Assembly: GCA_002269645.1 (NCBI GenBank)
Contig: NIVC01000518.1
Coordinates: 1-64,000 of the forward strand
DNA: 64,000 bases
Source: Macrostomum lignano
Lineage: Eukaryota
Reading direction: 5' to 3'
The position numbers were made by a program, and so were the translations under genes. Below, one piece after another: positions 35,701 through 46,698 of this stretch; positions within the stretch are counted from its first letter, which is position 1, and each line of letters begins with the position of its first letter. The notes under the pieces are model-generated. The model was not told where the DNA came from and searched no databases. It worked only from the letters and a program-made list of their open reading frames with translations.

Positions 35701-36665
35701 TCAACACAACCCATCGTCCTAGAGTTAAACAACACAACCCATCGTCCTAGAGTTAATCAACACAACCCATCGTCCTAGAGTTAAACAACACAACCCATCG
35801 TCCTAGAGTTAAACAACACAACCCATCGTCCTAGAGTTAATCAACACAACCCATCGTCCTAGAGTTAAACAACACAACCCATCGTCCTAGAGTTAAACAA
35901 CACAACCCATCGTCCTAGAGTTAATCAACACAACCCATCGTCCTAGAGTTAAACAACACAACCCATCGTCCTAGAGTTAAACAACACAACCCATCGTCCT
36001 AGAGTTAATCAACACAATCAATCATCGTTAGGTTACACAACAGAACGCATCGTCCTCAGGTATAAAAAACACTCCTTAACGTACAAAAACAATTTTTTAA
36101 GTTAAACAAAAATTAGCAACACAGCAATGCTCTCAAAGTTCTCAAACGCCAAATGCAAAGTGAGCAAACCTACCACCTCAAACAGCTGACTGCACAAGCG
36201 GACATGCAGGGAATCCTAGCCTACATAGTCGCAAGATTCTCCCATCAGCTGACTAACAGTCAGCAGAGATCCTACAACGCTTTCAAACTACTTGGCTGTG
36301 ATTTTCTAATCGACGCCAATCTCCGGGTATGGCTGCTAGAATTGAACTCGTTGCCGTCGTTGCGTCTAGTCAACACCTGTCATCGGGCGGTGAAATCGCC
36401 GATGCAACGGGAAGCTCTGGCCCTGTCAATCGAGGTGGTCCATCGGAGCGCCAACGGACTTCCCGTGACATCGCATTCGCTGGCTATGCGACAAAATTTT
36501 CGACTAATAAGCAGCGCCTCGGGCAGCGGTCGGATACAGTCGCGACTGGTCCGAGGGTACGGGCAGAGGCTGCTGGCCGCTGGTGTCACCGGCGGAGGCT
36601 GTGGCGTCCTGGAGAACACCACGCCTGGAGCTGGTGGCACAACATTTACCTCGGTAGACGAGTGA
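32747..36665 (+). CDS. TTLL10: TTL-family ligase, TTLL10-like (polyglycylase-like); exons 32747-33193, 33768-33993, 34523-35073 and 36186-36665 (567 aa)
   Basis: Three GT-AG introns in phases 0, 1 and 0 splice to a continuous 1704-nt frame. Motifs: TNKQ, YIVKPTNGLKGRGI, QRYIERPLLIDGRKFDLRVY, HLTN, LLGCDFLIDANLRVWLLELNSLPSL. GCDFLID and WTPDRVNQYF...DW resemble TTLL10 as recalled; the subfamily is less certain than the family. Confidence 0.85.
33231..33730. repeat. 20-bp minisatellite GTCCCGTTCCGACATAGTTA filling TTLL intron 1
   Basis: About 24 almost perfect copies. Confidence 0.97.
34117..34503. repeat. 22-bp minisatellite GTAGACACACTGGAGTGTTTGA filling TTLL intron 2
   Basis: About 17 copies ending ~20 bp before the acceptor. 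Confidence 0.97.
35415..36020. repeat. 28-bp minisatellite AACACAACCCATCGTCCTAGAGTTAA(T/A)C in TTLL intron 3
   Basis: About 21 copies with one binary T/A variant position. Confidence 0.97.
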
Positions 36666-37066
36666 CAGAGTGTAGCAGTGTATTGTGTCGAGCGTCAGAC
36701 GGTTGACAGCGAGAATAGTGACAAATGGTTGACATAAGAAGATTGACAGCTTGGAGAGCGACAGCTATTACTGGTCATTCGCATAGGATGTCATGAAAGG
36801 ATGCTTAATTTAATCTGACTATTGACCGTAATTTATTATTACCGTATATACGAGTATTACAGTTGATTTTTTAAAGTAAAAAAACTTCCGATAAAGTGCA
36901 TAAAGTTAAGTTGGTACGCTTTTTAATTGCTTATCTAAACAAAATTCTTTAACGTATTTTAACTCTATTTTCTACAGAAGCAGATATTCATAAAATCAAG
37001 TCACGGAAAATAACTTCAGTTATCCGGATATAAATTAGTGGCAAAATTTTTGTAGATGTTTCGCGA

Positions 37067-39511
37067 TCACGGCACCCGATGGTGCGGCAGAGTGGGCGGC
37101 CAGCCCGCATGGATGCTGTAGTCTCCCCGCTGACGCGTCGGCTGAAACACCAGCCCGTCCGGGTGACGGTCGCAGCTCGGACTGGTGCCGTCGTTCGCAC
37201 CAGTCGATGACGCGCGATTGACGACGCCAATCGGGTTGCCGCGCTGTTTGAAGCGTCGGGAAAATCTGCTACCATTTGTGCCGATTGCGCCGATCTGTGA
37301 CTGCATTGGAGGGATAGTGGGATCCATGTCTATCGCTCTGACCTTCCTTGGATCAACCGATCTGACATCCCTGAGTATTAATCGGTCTGAGGGTGTTCTG
37401 ACATCCCTGAGTATCAATTGGTCTGACATTCCTATGTATCAATCGGTCTGAAATCCCTAAATATCAATCGGTCTGACATCCCTGTGTATCAATCGGTCTG
37501 ACATCCCTGTGTATCAATCGGTCTGACATCCCTAAGTATCAATCGGTCTGACATCCCTGAGTATCAATCAGTCTGACATCCCTGAGTATCAATCGGTCTG
37601 ACATCCCTGAGTATCAATCGGTCTAACATCCCTGTGTATCAATCGGTCTGACATCCCTGTGTATCAATCGGTCTGACATCCCTAAGTATCAATCGGTCTG
37701 ACATCCCTGAGTATCAATCAGTCTGACATCCCTGAGTATCAATCGGTCTGACATCCCTGAGTATCAATCGGTCTAACATCCCTGTGTATTAATCGGTCTG
37801 ACATCCCTGTGTATCAATCGGTCTGACATCCCTGTGTATCAATCGGTCTGACATCCCTGAGTATCAATCGGTCTGACATCCCTGAGTATCAATCGGTCTG
37901 ACATCCCTGACGTCAATCGGTCTGACATCCCTGCGAAGAACCCGCGTAACCTCTCGCTATCTAACTAGTGATACTTACCCTATCTTTGTCAGTTTCTTCC
38001 CTGAATGAATTTTCTGGCTCGCTTGTTTGAACTGAAAATTGATCAGAAAATTGCAATCAATTTTGAATTTGTAGCTCGTAATTGCATTTTAGACTAAGAA
38101 AGACCATGCGGTAATTATTACCTTCTTTGTCTGCCTGACAAGTTGAACAGTTATAATCCGGAACAAAGTGTAACCGACAGGTCATAAACAATCTAAAAAA
38201 CCATTTGGGTGCAAAGACCCAAGTTATGAGTTATTTCGAAAGGGGTGGCTTTAGACACCTACATGTAAGTCACGCGCTCACAAAGGGGTACAGAGCGGCC
38301 CTGACTTTCAGGCGGTTTATCTCGTACACACTCTGTTCCTTGACGGATTGATCCAAACACGGATGTGAATCGCATACAAAGTGACGTGTTGTTTTAATGT
38401 GGCAATTCTTAATCAACGAGGGCGTGACAGAAAATAGAACCAAGAGCTAAGAACCAAGAGCTAAGAACCAAGAGCTAAGAACCAAGAGCTAAGAACCAAG
38501 AGCTAAGAACCAAGAGCTAAGAACCAAGAGCTAAGAACCAAGAGCTAAGAACCAAGAGCTAAGAACCAAGAGCTAAGAACCAAGAGCTAAGAACCAAGAG
38601 CTAAGAACCAAGAGCTAAGAACCAAGAGCTAAGAACCAAGAGCTAAGAACCAAGAGCTAAGAACCAAGAGCTAAGAACCAAGAGCTAAGAACCAAGAGCT
38701 AAGAACCAAGAGCTAAGAACCAAGAGCTAAGAACCAAGAGCTAAGAACCAAGAGCTAAGAACCAAGAGCTAAGAACCAAGAGCTAAGAACCAAGAGCTAA
38801 GAACCAAGAGCTAAGAACCAAGAGCTAAGAACCAAGAGCTAAGAACCAAGAGCTAAGAACCAAGAGCTAAGAACCAAGAGCTAAGAACCAAGAGCTAAGA
38901 ACCAAGAGCTAAGAACCAAGAGCTAAGAACCAAGAGCTAAGAACCAAGAGCTAAGAACCAAGAGCTAAGAACCAAGAGCTAAGAACCAAGAGCTAAGAAC
39001 CAAGAGCTAAGAACCAAGAGCTAAGAACCAAGAGCTAAGAACCAAGAGCTAAGAACCAAGAGCTAAGAACCAAGAGCTAAGAACCAAGAGCTAAGAACCA
39101 AGAGCCAGGACCGCTGTACACCCAGTGTGCAGTATCGTACAGTAGCTTTTATGTCCTCAGAAGTCAGAAGTCAGGTTTGTGGGACGAAGTCGCGCCGAAG
39201 GCGTTGTTGCGCTATAGGGTCTTATATTATCTCAAGTCAGCTCACTGCGATGGATGCGGTCTGTTACGCCTTGGCGATGGATCTCGCGATCTTCTCTTCA
39301 GCTTCGGTATCATCTGAGCCTGACTGCAGTGCTCGTTGTCGTTAGAATCTGTCCGTCCTGGTCGGCCAAAGTAACCACGATATGTAGTGCTGCTGCTGCT
39401 GCCCTCATTGTCCTGAAGGGACTGGTGCTTCTGCCACAGCTGGCGAGCTTGCAGCCGAATTGAGGCCAGCTCTGCTGCCGATGCGGCTGCCTGATTCGAC
39501 TTGGTTGCCAT
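37067..39511 (-). CDS. Putative small multi-exon gene of unknown product (first exon 39511-39246; terminal exon ~37310-37067); internal structure unresolved
   Basis: MATKSNQAAASAAELASIRLQARQLWQKHQ... ends at donor tcgca|GTGAGC. An acceptor ccctccaatgcAG precedes a GC-rich open segment (...RFSRRFKQRG...HPDGLVFQPTRQRGDYSIHAGWPPTLPHHRVP*). Phases do not join directly into that frame. Confidence 0.4.
37400..37935. repeat. 25-bp minisatellite ATCAATCGGTCTGACATCCCTGAGT
   Basis: About 21 copies. Confidence 0.95.
38436..39105. repeat. Perfect 14-bp array AGAACCAAGAGCTA, about 48 copies
   Basis: No variant unit was seen by eye; the unit has 7+7 substructure. Confidence 0.98.
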
Positions 39512-40048
39512 GCTAGGACTACTAGTGTGAGTTATTACTGTGTTCTCTAGCGGGTCCGCTGGTCTTATCATCTAGCTCTTTTGCGTTAACGAGTATAAAA
39601 GATAGCCAGCTATTATACTTGGATACTTCGCTGGCTATAAGATGGGGCTTCCGTTAAAGTTGAATGACCTTCTAGAGTAGTCCTTAGACAGGACTCAGAC
39701 TAGACGCCGCCAGTTATTTGAGCGCAGCATACGATCGCGCATGACAGCTCACAGGAAGAGTAAAAAACTCTTGGGAGGCATAAATAAACCCCTCAACGCA
39801 TTGAGATTGGGCGGATTGTAAAGTGCAAGGACTGCAAGTCGCCTTGTTGTGGCGTAAAATACAGTCCCCGCTCTTCAACTCTTCTTGCTGAAAAGCAAAA
39901 TTGCGATGCTTCATCGCTGGAAAATCCAATAGAGATTTCTGCAGCAGCAGAACTGAGTCTATAGATTAATTAAGAAAAAAGCTAGAGAACCCAGCGCATG
40001 ATTGCACGCCAGATGAGTGAGGAGAGGGAAAGGTATAGAGGAGAATAA

Positions 40049-43000
40049 AGGAGAGGAGAGGAGAGGAGAGGAGAGGAGAGGAGAGGAGAGGAGAGGAGAG
40101 GACAGGAGACGAGAGGAGAGGAGAGGAGAGGAGAGGAGAGGAGAGCAGAGGAGAGCAGAGGAGAGGAGAGAGAGGAGAGGAGAGGAGAGGAGAGCAGAGG
40201 AGAGCAGGAGAGGAGAGGAGAGGAGAGAGAGGAGAGGAGAGGAGAGAGAGGAGAAGAGAGGAGAAGAGAGGAGGAGAGGAGAGGAGAGGAGAGGAGAGGA
40301 GAGGAGAGGAGAAGAGAGGAGAAGAGGAGAGAGAGGAGAAGAGAGGAGAGGAGAGGAGAGGAGAGAGAGAGGAGAGAGAGAGGAGAGGAGAGAGAGGAGA
40401 GGAGAGGAGAGGAGAGGAGAGGAGAGGAGAGGAGAGGAGAGGAGAGGAGAGGAGAGGAGAGGAGAGGAGGAGAGGAGAGGAGAGGAGAGGAGAGAGAGGA
40501 GAGGAGAGAGAGGAGAGGAGAGAGAGGAGAGGAGAGGAGAGGAGAGGGAGGAGAGCAGAGGAGAGGAGAGAGAGGAGGAGAGGAGAGAGAGAGGAGAGAG
40601 AGAGGAGAGGAGAGGAGAGGAGAGGAGAGGAGAGGAGAAGAGAGGAGAGAGAGGAGAAGAGAGGAGAAGAGAGGAGAGAGAGGAGAGGGAGGAGAGAGAG
40701 GAGAGAGAGAGAGAGGAGAGCAGAGGAGAGGAGAGGAGAGGAGAGGAGAGGAGAGGAGAGGAGAGGAGAGAGAGGAGGAGAGGAGAGGAGAGAGGAGGAG
40801 AGAGAGGAGAGAGAGAGGAGAGAGAGAGAGAGGAGAGAGAGGAGAGGAGAGGAGAGGAGAGGAGAGGAGAGGAGAGGAGAGCAGAGAGAGGAGAGAGAGG
40901 AGAGAGGAGAGGAGAGGAGAGGAGAGGAGAGGAGAGAGGAGAGGAGAGGAGAGAGAGGAGAGGAGAGAGGAGAGGAGAGGAGAGGAGAGGAGAGGAGAGG
41001 AGAGGAGAGGAGAGGAGAGGAGAGGAGAGGAGAGGAGAGGAGAGGAGAGGAGAGGAGAGGAGAGGAGAGGAGAGGAGAGGAGAGGAGGAGAGGAGAGGAG
41101 GAGAGGAGAGGAGAGGAGAGGAGAGAGAGGAGAGAGAGGAGAGGAGAGAGAGGAGAGCAGAGGAGAGAGAGGAGAGGAGAGAGAGGAGAGGAGAGGAGAG
41201 GAGAGGAGAGGAGAGGACAGGAGAGGAGAGGAGAGGAGAGGAGAGGAGAGAGAGGAGAGGAGAGGAGAGGAGAGGAGAGGAGAGGAGAGGAGAGAGAGAG
41301 AGGAGAGGAGAGGAGAGGAGAGGAGAGGAGAGGAGAGGAGAGGAGAGGAGAGGAGAGGAGAGGAGAGGAGAGGAGAGGAGAGGAGAGGAGAGGAGAGGCA
41401 GAGGAGAGGAGAGGAGGAGAGAGAGGAGAGAGAGGAGAGGAGAGGAGAGGAGAGGAGAGGAGAGGAGAGGAAGGAGAGGAGAGGAGAGGAGAGGAGAGGA
41501 GAGAGAGGAGAGGAGAGGAGAGGAGAGGAGAGGAGAGGAGAGGAGAGGAGGAGGAGAGGAGAGGAGAGGAGAGGAGAGGAGAGGAGAGAGAGGAGAGGAG
41601 AGGAGAGGAGAGGAGAGGAGAGGAGAGGAGAGGAGAGAGAGGAGAGGAGAGGAGAGGAGAGGAGAGAGAGGAGAGGAGAGCAGAGGAGAGGAGAGGAGAG
41701 GAGAGAGGAGAGCAGAGGAGAGGAGAGAGAGGAGAGGAGAGGAGAGGAGAGAGAGGAGAGGAGAGGAGAGGAGAGGAGAGGAGAGGAGAGGAGAGAGAGG
41801 AGAGGAGAGGAGAGGAGAGGAGAGGAGAGGAGAGGAGAGAGAGGAGAGGAGAGGAGAGGAGAGGAGAGAGAGGAGAGGAGAGGAGAGGAGAGGAGAGGAG
41901 AGGAGAGGAGAGAGAGGAGAGGAGAGGAGAGGAGAGAGAGGAGAGAGAGGAGAGCAGAGGAGAGGAGAGGAGAGGAGAGGAGAGGAGAGGACAGAGAGAG
42001 GAGAGGAGAGGAGAGGAGAGGAGAGCAGAGGAGAGGAGAGGAGAGGAGAGGAGAGGAGAGGAGAGGAGAGGAGAGGAGAGGAGAGGAGAGGAGAGGAGAG
42101 GAGAGGAGAGGAGAGGAGAGGACAGGAGAGGAGAGGAGAGGAGAGGAGAGGAGAGCAGAGGAGGAGAGGAGAGGAGAGGAGAGGAGAGGAGAGGAGAGGA
42201 GAGGAGAGGAGAGGAGAGGAGAGGAGAGGAGAGGAGAGGAGAAGAGAGGAGAAGAGAGGAGAAGAGAGAGAGAAGAGAGGAGAGCAGAGGAGAGAGAGAA
42301 GAGGAGGGGAGAGAGAGGAGAGGAGAGCAGAGGAGAGAGAGGAGAGGAGAGGAGAGGAGAGGAGAGGAGAGGAGAGGAGAGGAGAGGAGAGGAGAGGAGA
42401 GGAGAGGACAGGAGAGGACAGGAGACGAGAGGAGAGGAGAGGAGAGGAGAGGAGAGGAGAGCAGAGGAGAGGAGAGCAGAGGAGAGAGAGGAGGAGAGGA
42501 GAGGAGAGGAGAGGAGAGGAGAGGAGAGGAGAGCAGAGGAGAGGAGAGGAGAGGAGAGGAGAGGAGAGGAGAGGAGAGGAGAGGAGAGGGAGAGAGAGGA
42601 GAGGAGAGGAGAGGAGAGGAGAGGAGAGGAGAGCAGAGGAGAGGAGAGGAGAGGAGAGGAGAGGAGAGGAGAGGAGAGGAGAGGAGAGGAGAGAAAAGGA
42701 GAGAGAGAGCAGAGGAGAGCAGAGGAGAGGAGAGGAGAGGAGAGGGAGGAGAGGAGAGGAGAGGAGAGGAGAGGAGAGGAGAGCAGAGGAGAGCAGAGGA
42801 GAGGAGAGGACAGGAGAGGAGAGGAGAGGAGAGCAGAGGAGAGAGGAGAGGAGAGGAGAGGAGAGGAGAGGAGAGGAGAGGAGAGGAGAGAAGAGGAGGG
42901 GAGAGAAGAGGAGAGGAGAGCAGAGGAGAGGAGAGGAGAGCAGAGGAGAGGAGAGGAGAGGAGAGGAGAGAGAGCAGAGGAGAGAAGAGGAGAGGAGAGC

Positions 43001-45867
43001 AGAGGAGAGGACAGGAGAGGAGAGGAGAGGAGAGGAGAGGAGAGGAGAGGAGAAGAGAGGAGAAGAGAGGAGAAGAGAGGAGAAGATAGGAGAGGAGAGG
43101 AGAGGAGAGAGAGAGGAGAGGAGAAGAGAGGAGAAGAGAGGAGAGAGAGGAGAAGAGAGGAGAAGAGAGGAGAGGGAGGAGAGAAGAGGAGGGGAGAGAA
43201 GAGGAGAGGAGAGCAGAGGAGAGGAGAGGAGAGGAGAGGAGAGGAGAGGAGAGGAGAGGAGAGGAGAGGAGAGGAGAGGAGAGGAGAGGAGAGGACAGGA
43301 GAGGAGAGGAGAGGAGAGAGAGCAGAGGAGAGGAGAGCAGAGGAGAGGAGAGCAGAGGAGAGGAGAGGAGAGGAGAGGAGAGGAGAGGAGAGGAGAGCAG
43401 AGGAGAGGAGAGCAGAGGAGAGCAGAGGAGAGGAGAGGAGAGGAGAGGAGAGGAGAGGACAGGAGAGGAGAGGAGAGGAGAGGAGAGGAGAGCAGAGGAG
43501 AGGAGAGGAGAGGAGAGGAGAGGAGAGGAGAGGAGAGGAGAGGAGAGAGGAGAGGAGAGGAGAGGAGAGGAGAGGAGAGGAGAGGAGAGGAGAGGAGAGG
43601 AGAGGACAGGAGAGGAGAGGACAGGAGAGGAGAGGACAGGAGAGGAGAGGAGAGGAGAGGAGAGCAGAGGAGAGGAGAGCAGAGGAGAGGAGAGCAGAGG
43701 AGAGGAGAGGAGAGGAGAGGAGAGGAGAGCAGAGGAGAGGAGAGCAGAGGAGAGCAGAGGAGAGGAGAGGAGAGGAGAGGAGAGGAGAGGACAGGAGAGG
43801 AGAGGAGAGAGAGGAGAGGAGAGCAGAGGAGAGGAGAGGAGAGGAGAGGAGAGGAGAGGAGAGGAGAGGAGAGGAGAGGAGAGGAGAGGAGAGGAGAGGA
43901 GAGGAGAGGAGAGGAGAGGAGAGGAGAGGAGAGCAGAGGAGAGCAGAGGAGAGGAGAGGAGAGGAGAGGAGAGGAGAGGAGAGGAGAGGAGGAGAGGAGA
44001 GGAGAGGAGAGAAAAGGAGAGGAGAGCAGAGGAGAGCAGAGGAGAGGAGAGGAGAGGAGAGGAGAGGAGAGGAGAGGAGAGGAGAGGAGAGGAGAGGAGA
44101 GCAGAGGAGAGCAGAGGAGAGGAGAGGACAGGAGAGGAGAGGAGAGGAGAGCAGAGGAGAGCAGAGGAGAGGAGAGGAGAGGAGAGGAGAGGAGAGGAGA
44201 GGAGAGGAGAGAAGAGGAGGGAGAGAAGAGGAGAGGAGAGCAGAGGAGAGGAGAGGAGAGCAGAGGAGAGGAGAGGAGAGGAGAGGAGAGGAGAGCAGAG
44301 GAGAGAAGAGGAGAGGAGAGCAGAGGAGAGGACAGGAGAGGAGAGGAGAGGAGAGGAGAGGAGAGGAGAGGAGAAGAGAGGAGAAGAGAGGAGAAGAGAG
44401 GAGAAGATAGGAGAGGAGAGGAGAGGAGAGGAGAGGAGAGGAGAAGAGAGGAGAAGAGAGGAGAAGAGAGGAGAAGAGAGGAGAAGAGAGGAGAGGGAGG
44501 AGAGAAGAGGAGGGGAGAGAAGAGGAGAGGAGAGCAGAGGAGAGGAGAGGAGAGGAGAGAGGAGAGGAGAGGAGAGGAGAGGAGAGAGAGAGGAGAGGAG
44601 AGGAGAGGAGAGGAGAGGACAGGAGAGGAGAGGAGAGGAGAGGAGAGCAGAGGAGAGGAGAGCAGAGGAGAGGAGAGCAGAGGAGAGGAGAGGAGAGGAG
44701 AGGAGAGGAGAGGAGAGGAGAGGAGAGCAGAGGAGAGGAGAGCAGAGGAGAGCAGAGGAGAGGAGAGGAGAGGAGAGGAGAGGAGAGGACAGGAGAGGAG
44801 AGGAGAGGAGAGGAGAGGAGAGCAGAGGAGAGGAGAGGAGAGGAGAGGAGAGGAGAGGAGAGGAGAGGAGAGGAGAGGAGAGGAGAGGAGAGGAGAGGAG
44901 AGGAGAGGAGAGGAGAGGAGAGGAGAGGAGAGGACAGGAGAGGAGAGGACAGGAGAGGAGAGGACAGGAGAGGAGAGGAGAGGAGAGGAGAGCAGAGGAG
45001 AGGAGAGCAGAGGAGAGGAGAGCAGAGGAGAGGAGAGGAGAGGAGAGGAGAGGAGAGCAGAGGAGAGGAGAGCAGAGGAGAGCAGAGGAGAGGAGAGGAG
45101 AGGAGAGGAGAGGAGAGGACAGGAGAGGAGAGGAGAGGAGAGGAGAGGAGAGCAGAGGAGAGGAGAGGAGAGGAGAGGAGAGGAGAGGAGAGGAGAGGAG
45201 AGGAGAGGAGAGGAGAGGAGAGGAGAGGAGAGGACAGGAGAGGAGAGGACAGGAGAGGAGAGGACAGGAGAGGAGAGGAGAGGAGAGGAGAGCAGAGGAG
45301 AGGAGAGCAGAGGAGAGGAGAGCAGAGGAGAGGAGAGGAGAGGAGAGGAGAGGAGAGCAGAGGAGAGGAGAGCAGAGGAGAGCAGAGGAGAGGAGAGGAG
45401 AGGAGAGGAGAGGAGAGGACAGGAGAGGAGAGGAGAGGAGAGGAGAGGAGAGCAGAGGAGAGGAGAGGAGAGGAGAGGAGAGGAGAGGAGAGGAGAGGAG
45501 AGGAGAGGAGAGGAGAGGAGAGGAGAGGAGAGGAGAGGAGAGGACAGGAGAGGAGAGGAGAGGAGAGCAGAGGAGAGCAGAGGAGAGGAGAGGAGAGGAG
45601 AGGAGAGGAGAGGAGAGGAGAGGAGAGGAGAGGAGAGGAGAGGAGAGGAGAGGAGAGGAGAGGAGAGGAGAGGAGAGGAGAGGAGAGGAGAGGAGAGGAG
45701 AGGAGAGGAGAGGAAAGGAGAGGAGAGGAGAGGAGAGGAGAGGAGAGGAGAGGAGAGGAGAGGAGAGGAGAGGAGAGGAGAGGAGAGGAGAGGAGAGGAG
45801 AGGAGAGGAGAGGAGAGGAGAGGAGAGGAGAGGAGAGGAGAGGAGAGAAGAGGAGAGGAGAGGAGAG
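40049..45867. repeat. 5.8-kb (AGGAG)n polypurine satellite with variant pentamers
   Basis: Direct reading; the plus strand is nearly all A/G with sparse C. Confidence 0.98.
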
Positions 45868-46698
45868 TGTTTGGTGTGGTCATAGACGACTCAGTCGCAC
45901 ACATATCCAGTCATGAGCTGTTGAAGCAATGCATCAAACTTGGAAATCAAAAAAGAAAACTAATGATAAAATTAAATAAGACGCTCGGTTAAGAGTGCAA
46001 ATATTACGCGACCCTGTTGGTCTTGACACACTCTTCCGCTAGAGTAGACGTCATAACAGAGAGGAGAGGAGAGGAGAAGATGAGGGTAACGGCTACTGCA
46101 GTTACGAATCTGCAGTAGCCGTAATAGTTACTAATAGTTACTATTAGTGATAGTTACTAATCTCATAACTACCATGGTAGTTGCTAAGTTCGCTACGCAC
46201 TTTCGAATATACGAGGTAATAAACATATTGTGAAGATTGTTCTATAAAGTTATATTAGAAGATCCGCATCAAGAATTCGTTGCCAATCCAGATTTTTGTT
46301 AAATTGAAGCGTCCCTGGCAGTAATCCTTGGTTGCTGTTTACTCGACCTTCCAGTGTCACCACCGCGTCTGCCAATGTAGTTTCTTAACAGATTTTCTAT
46401 TTTTTTAGTCCGTGCGTTCACTCTCTTCCCTTCAAATAAAATGTACAGCTCCACCCACCTCAAGCTGGTTTTGGACTAAGGAAATGTACATTCAGTTTAA
46501 AGTGTACAGCTGAAATGTACAGCTAGAGCGAAGAGAAAACACAGTTTTGAAGTAAAAAAACGGCGAAAACTGTTGGAGTGGATTAAAAAGATTTGATACA
46601 TATAAATAATTTCTCTGCATCTAAACAAATTTTAAACACGAGTTTTACTGTTTCTAATAGCTTAACAACACAGAAAGCGAACCAAACAGCCCAATACG

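Noticed and set aside
33231-39105. Regular 14-28-bp repeats as CRISPR arrays
   Set aside because: Units are directly adjacent with no unique spacers, there are no cas genes, and the context is eukaryotic introns.
39959-45992. 1981-aa and 1991-aa ORFs (SSPLL / RRGEE repeats)
   Set aside because: They are translations of the (AGGAG)n satellite, which has no stop codons in those frames.
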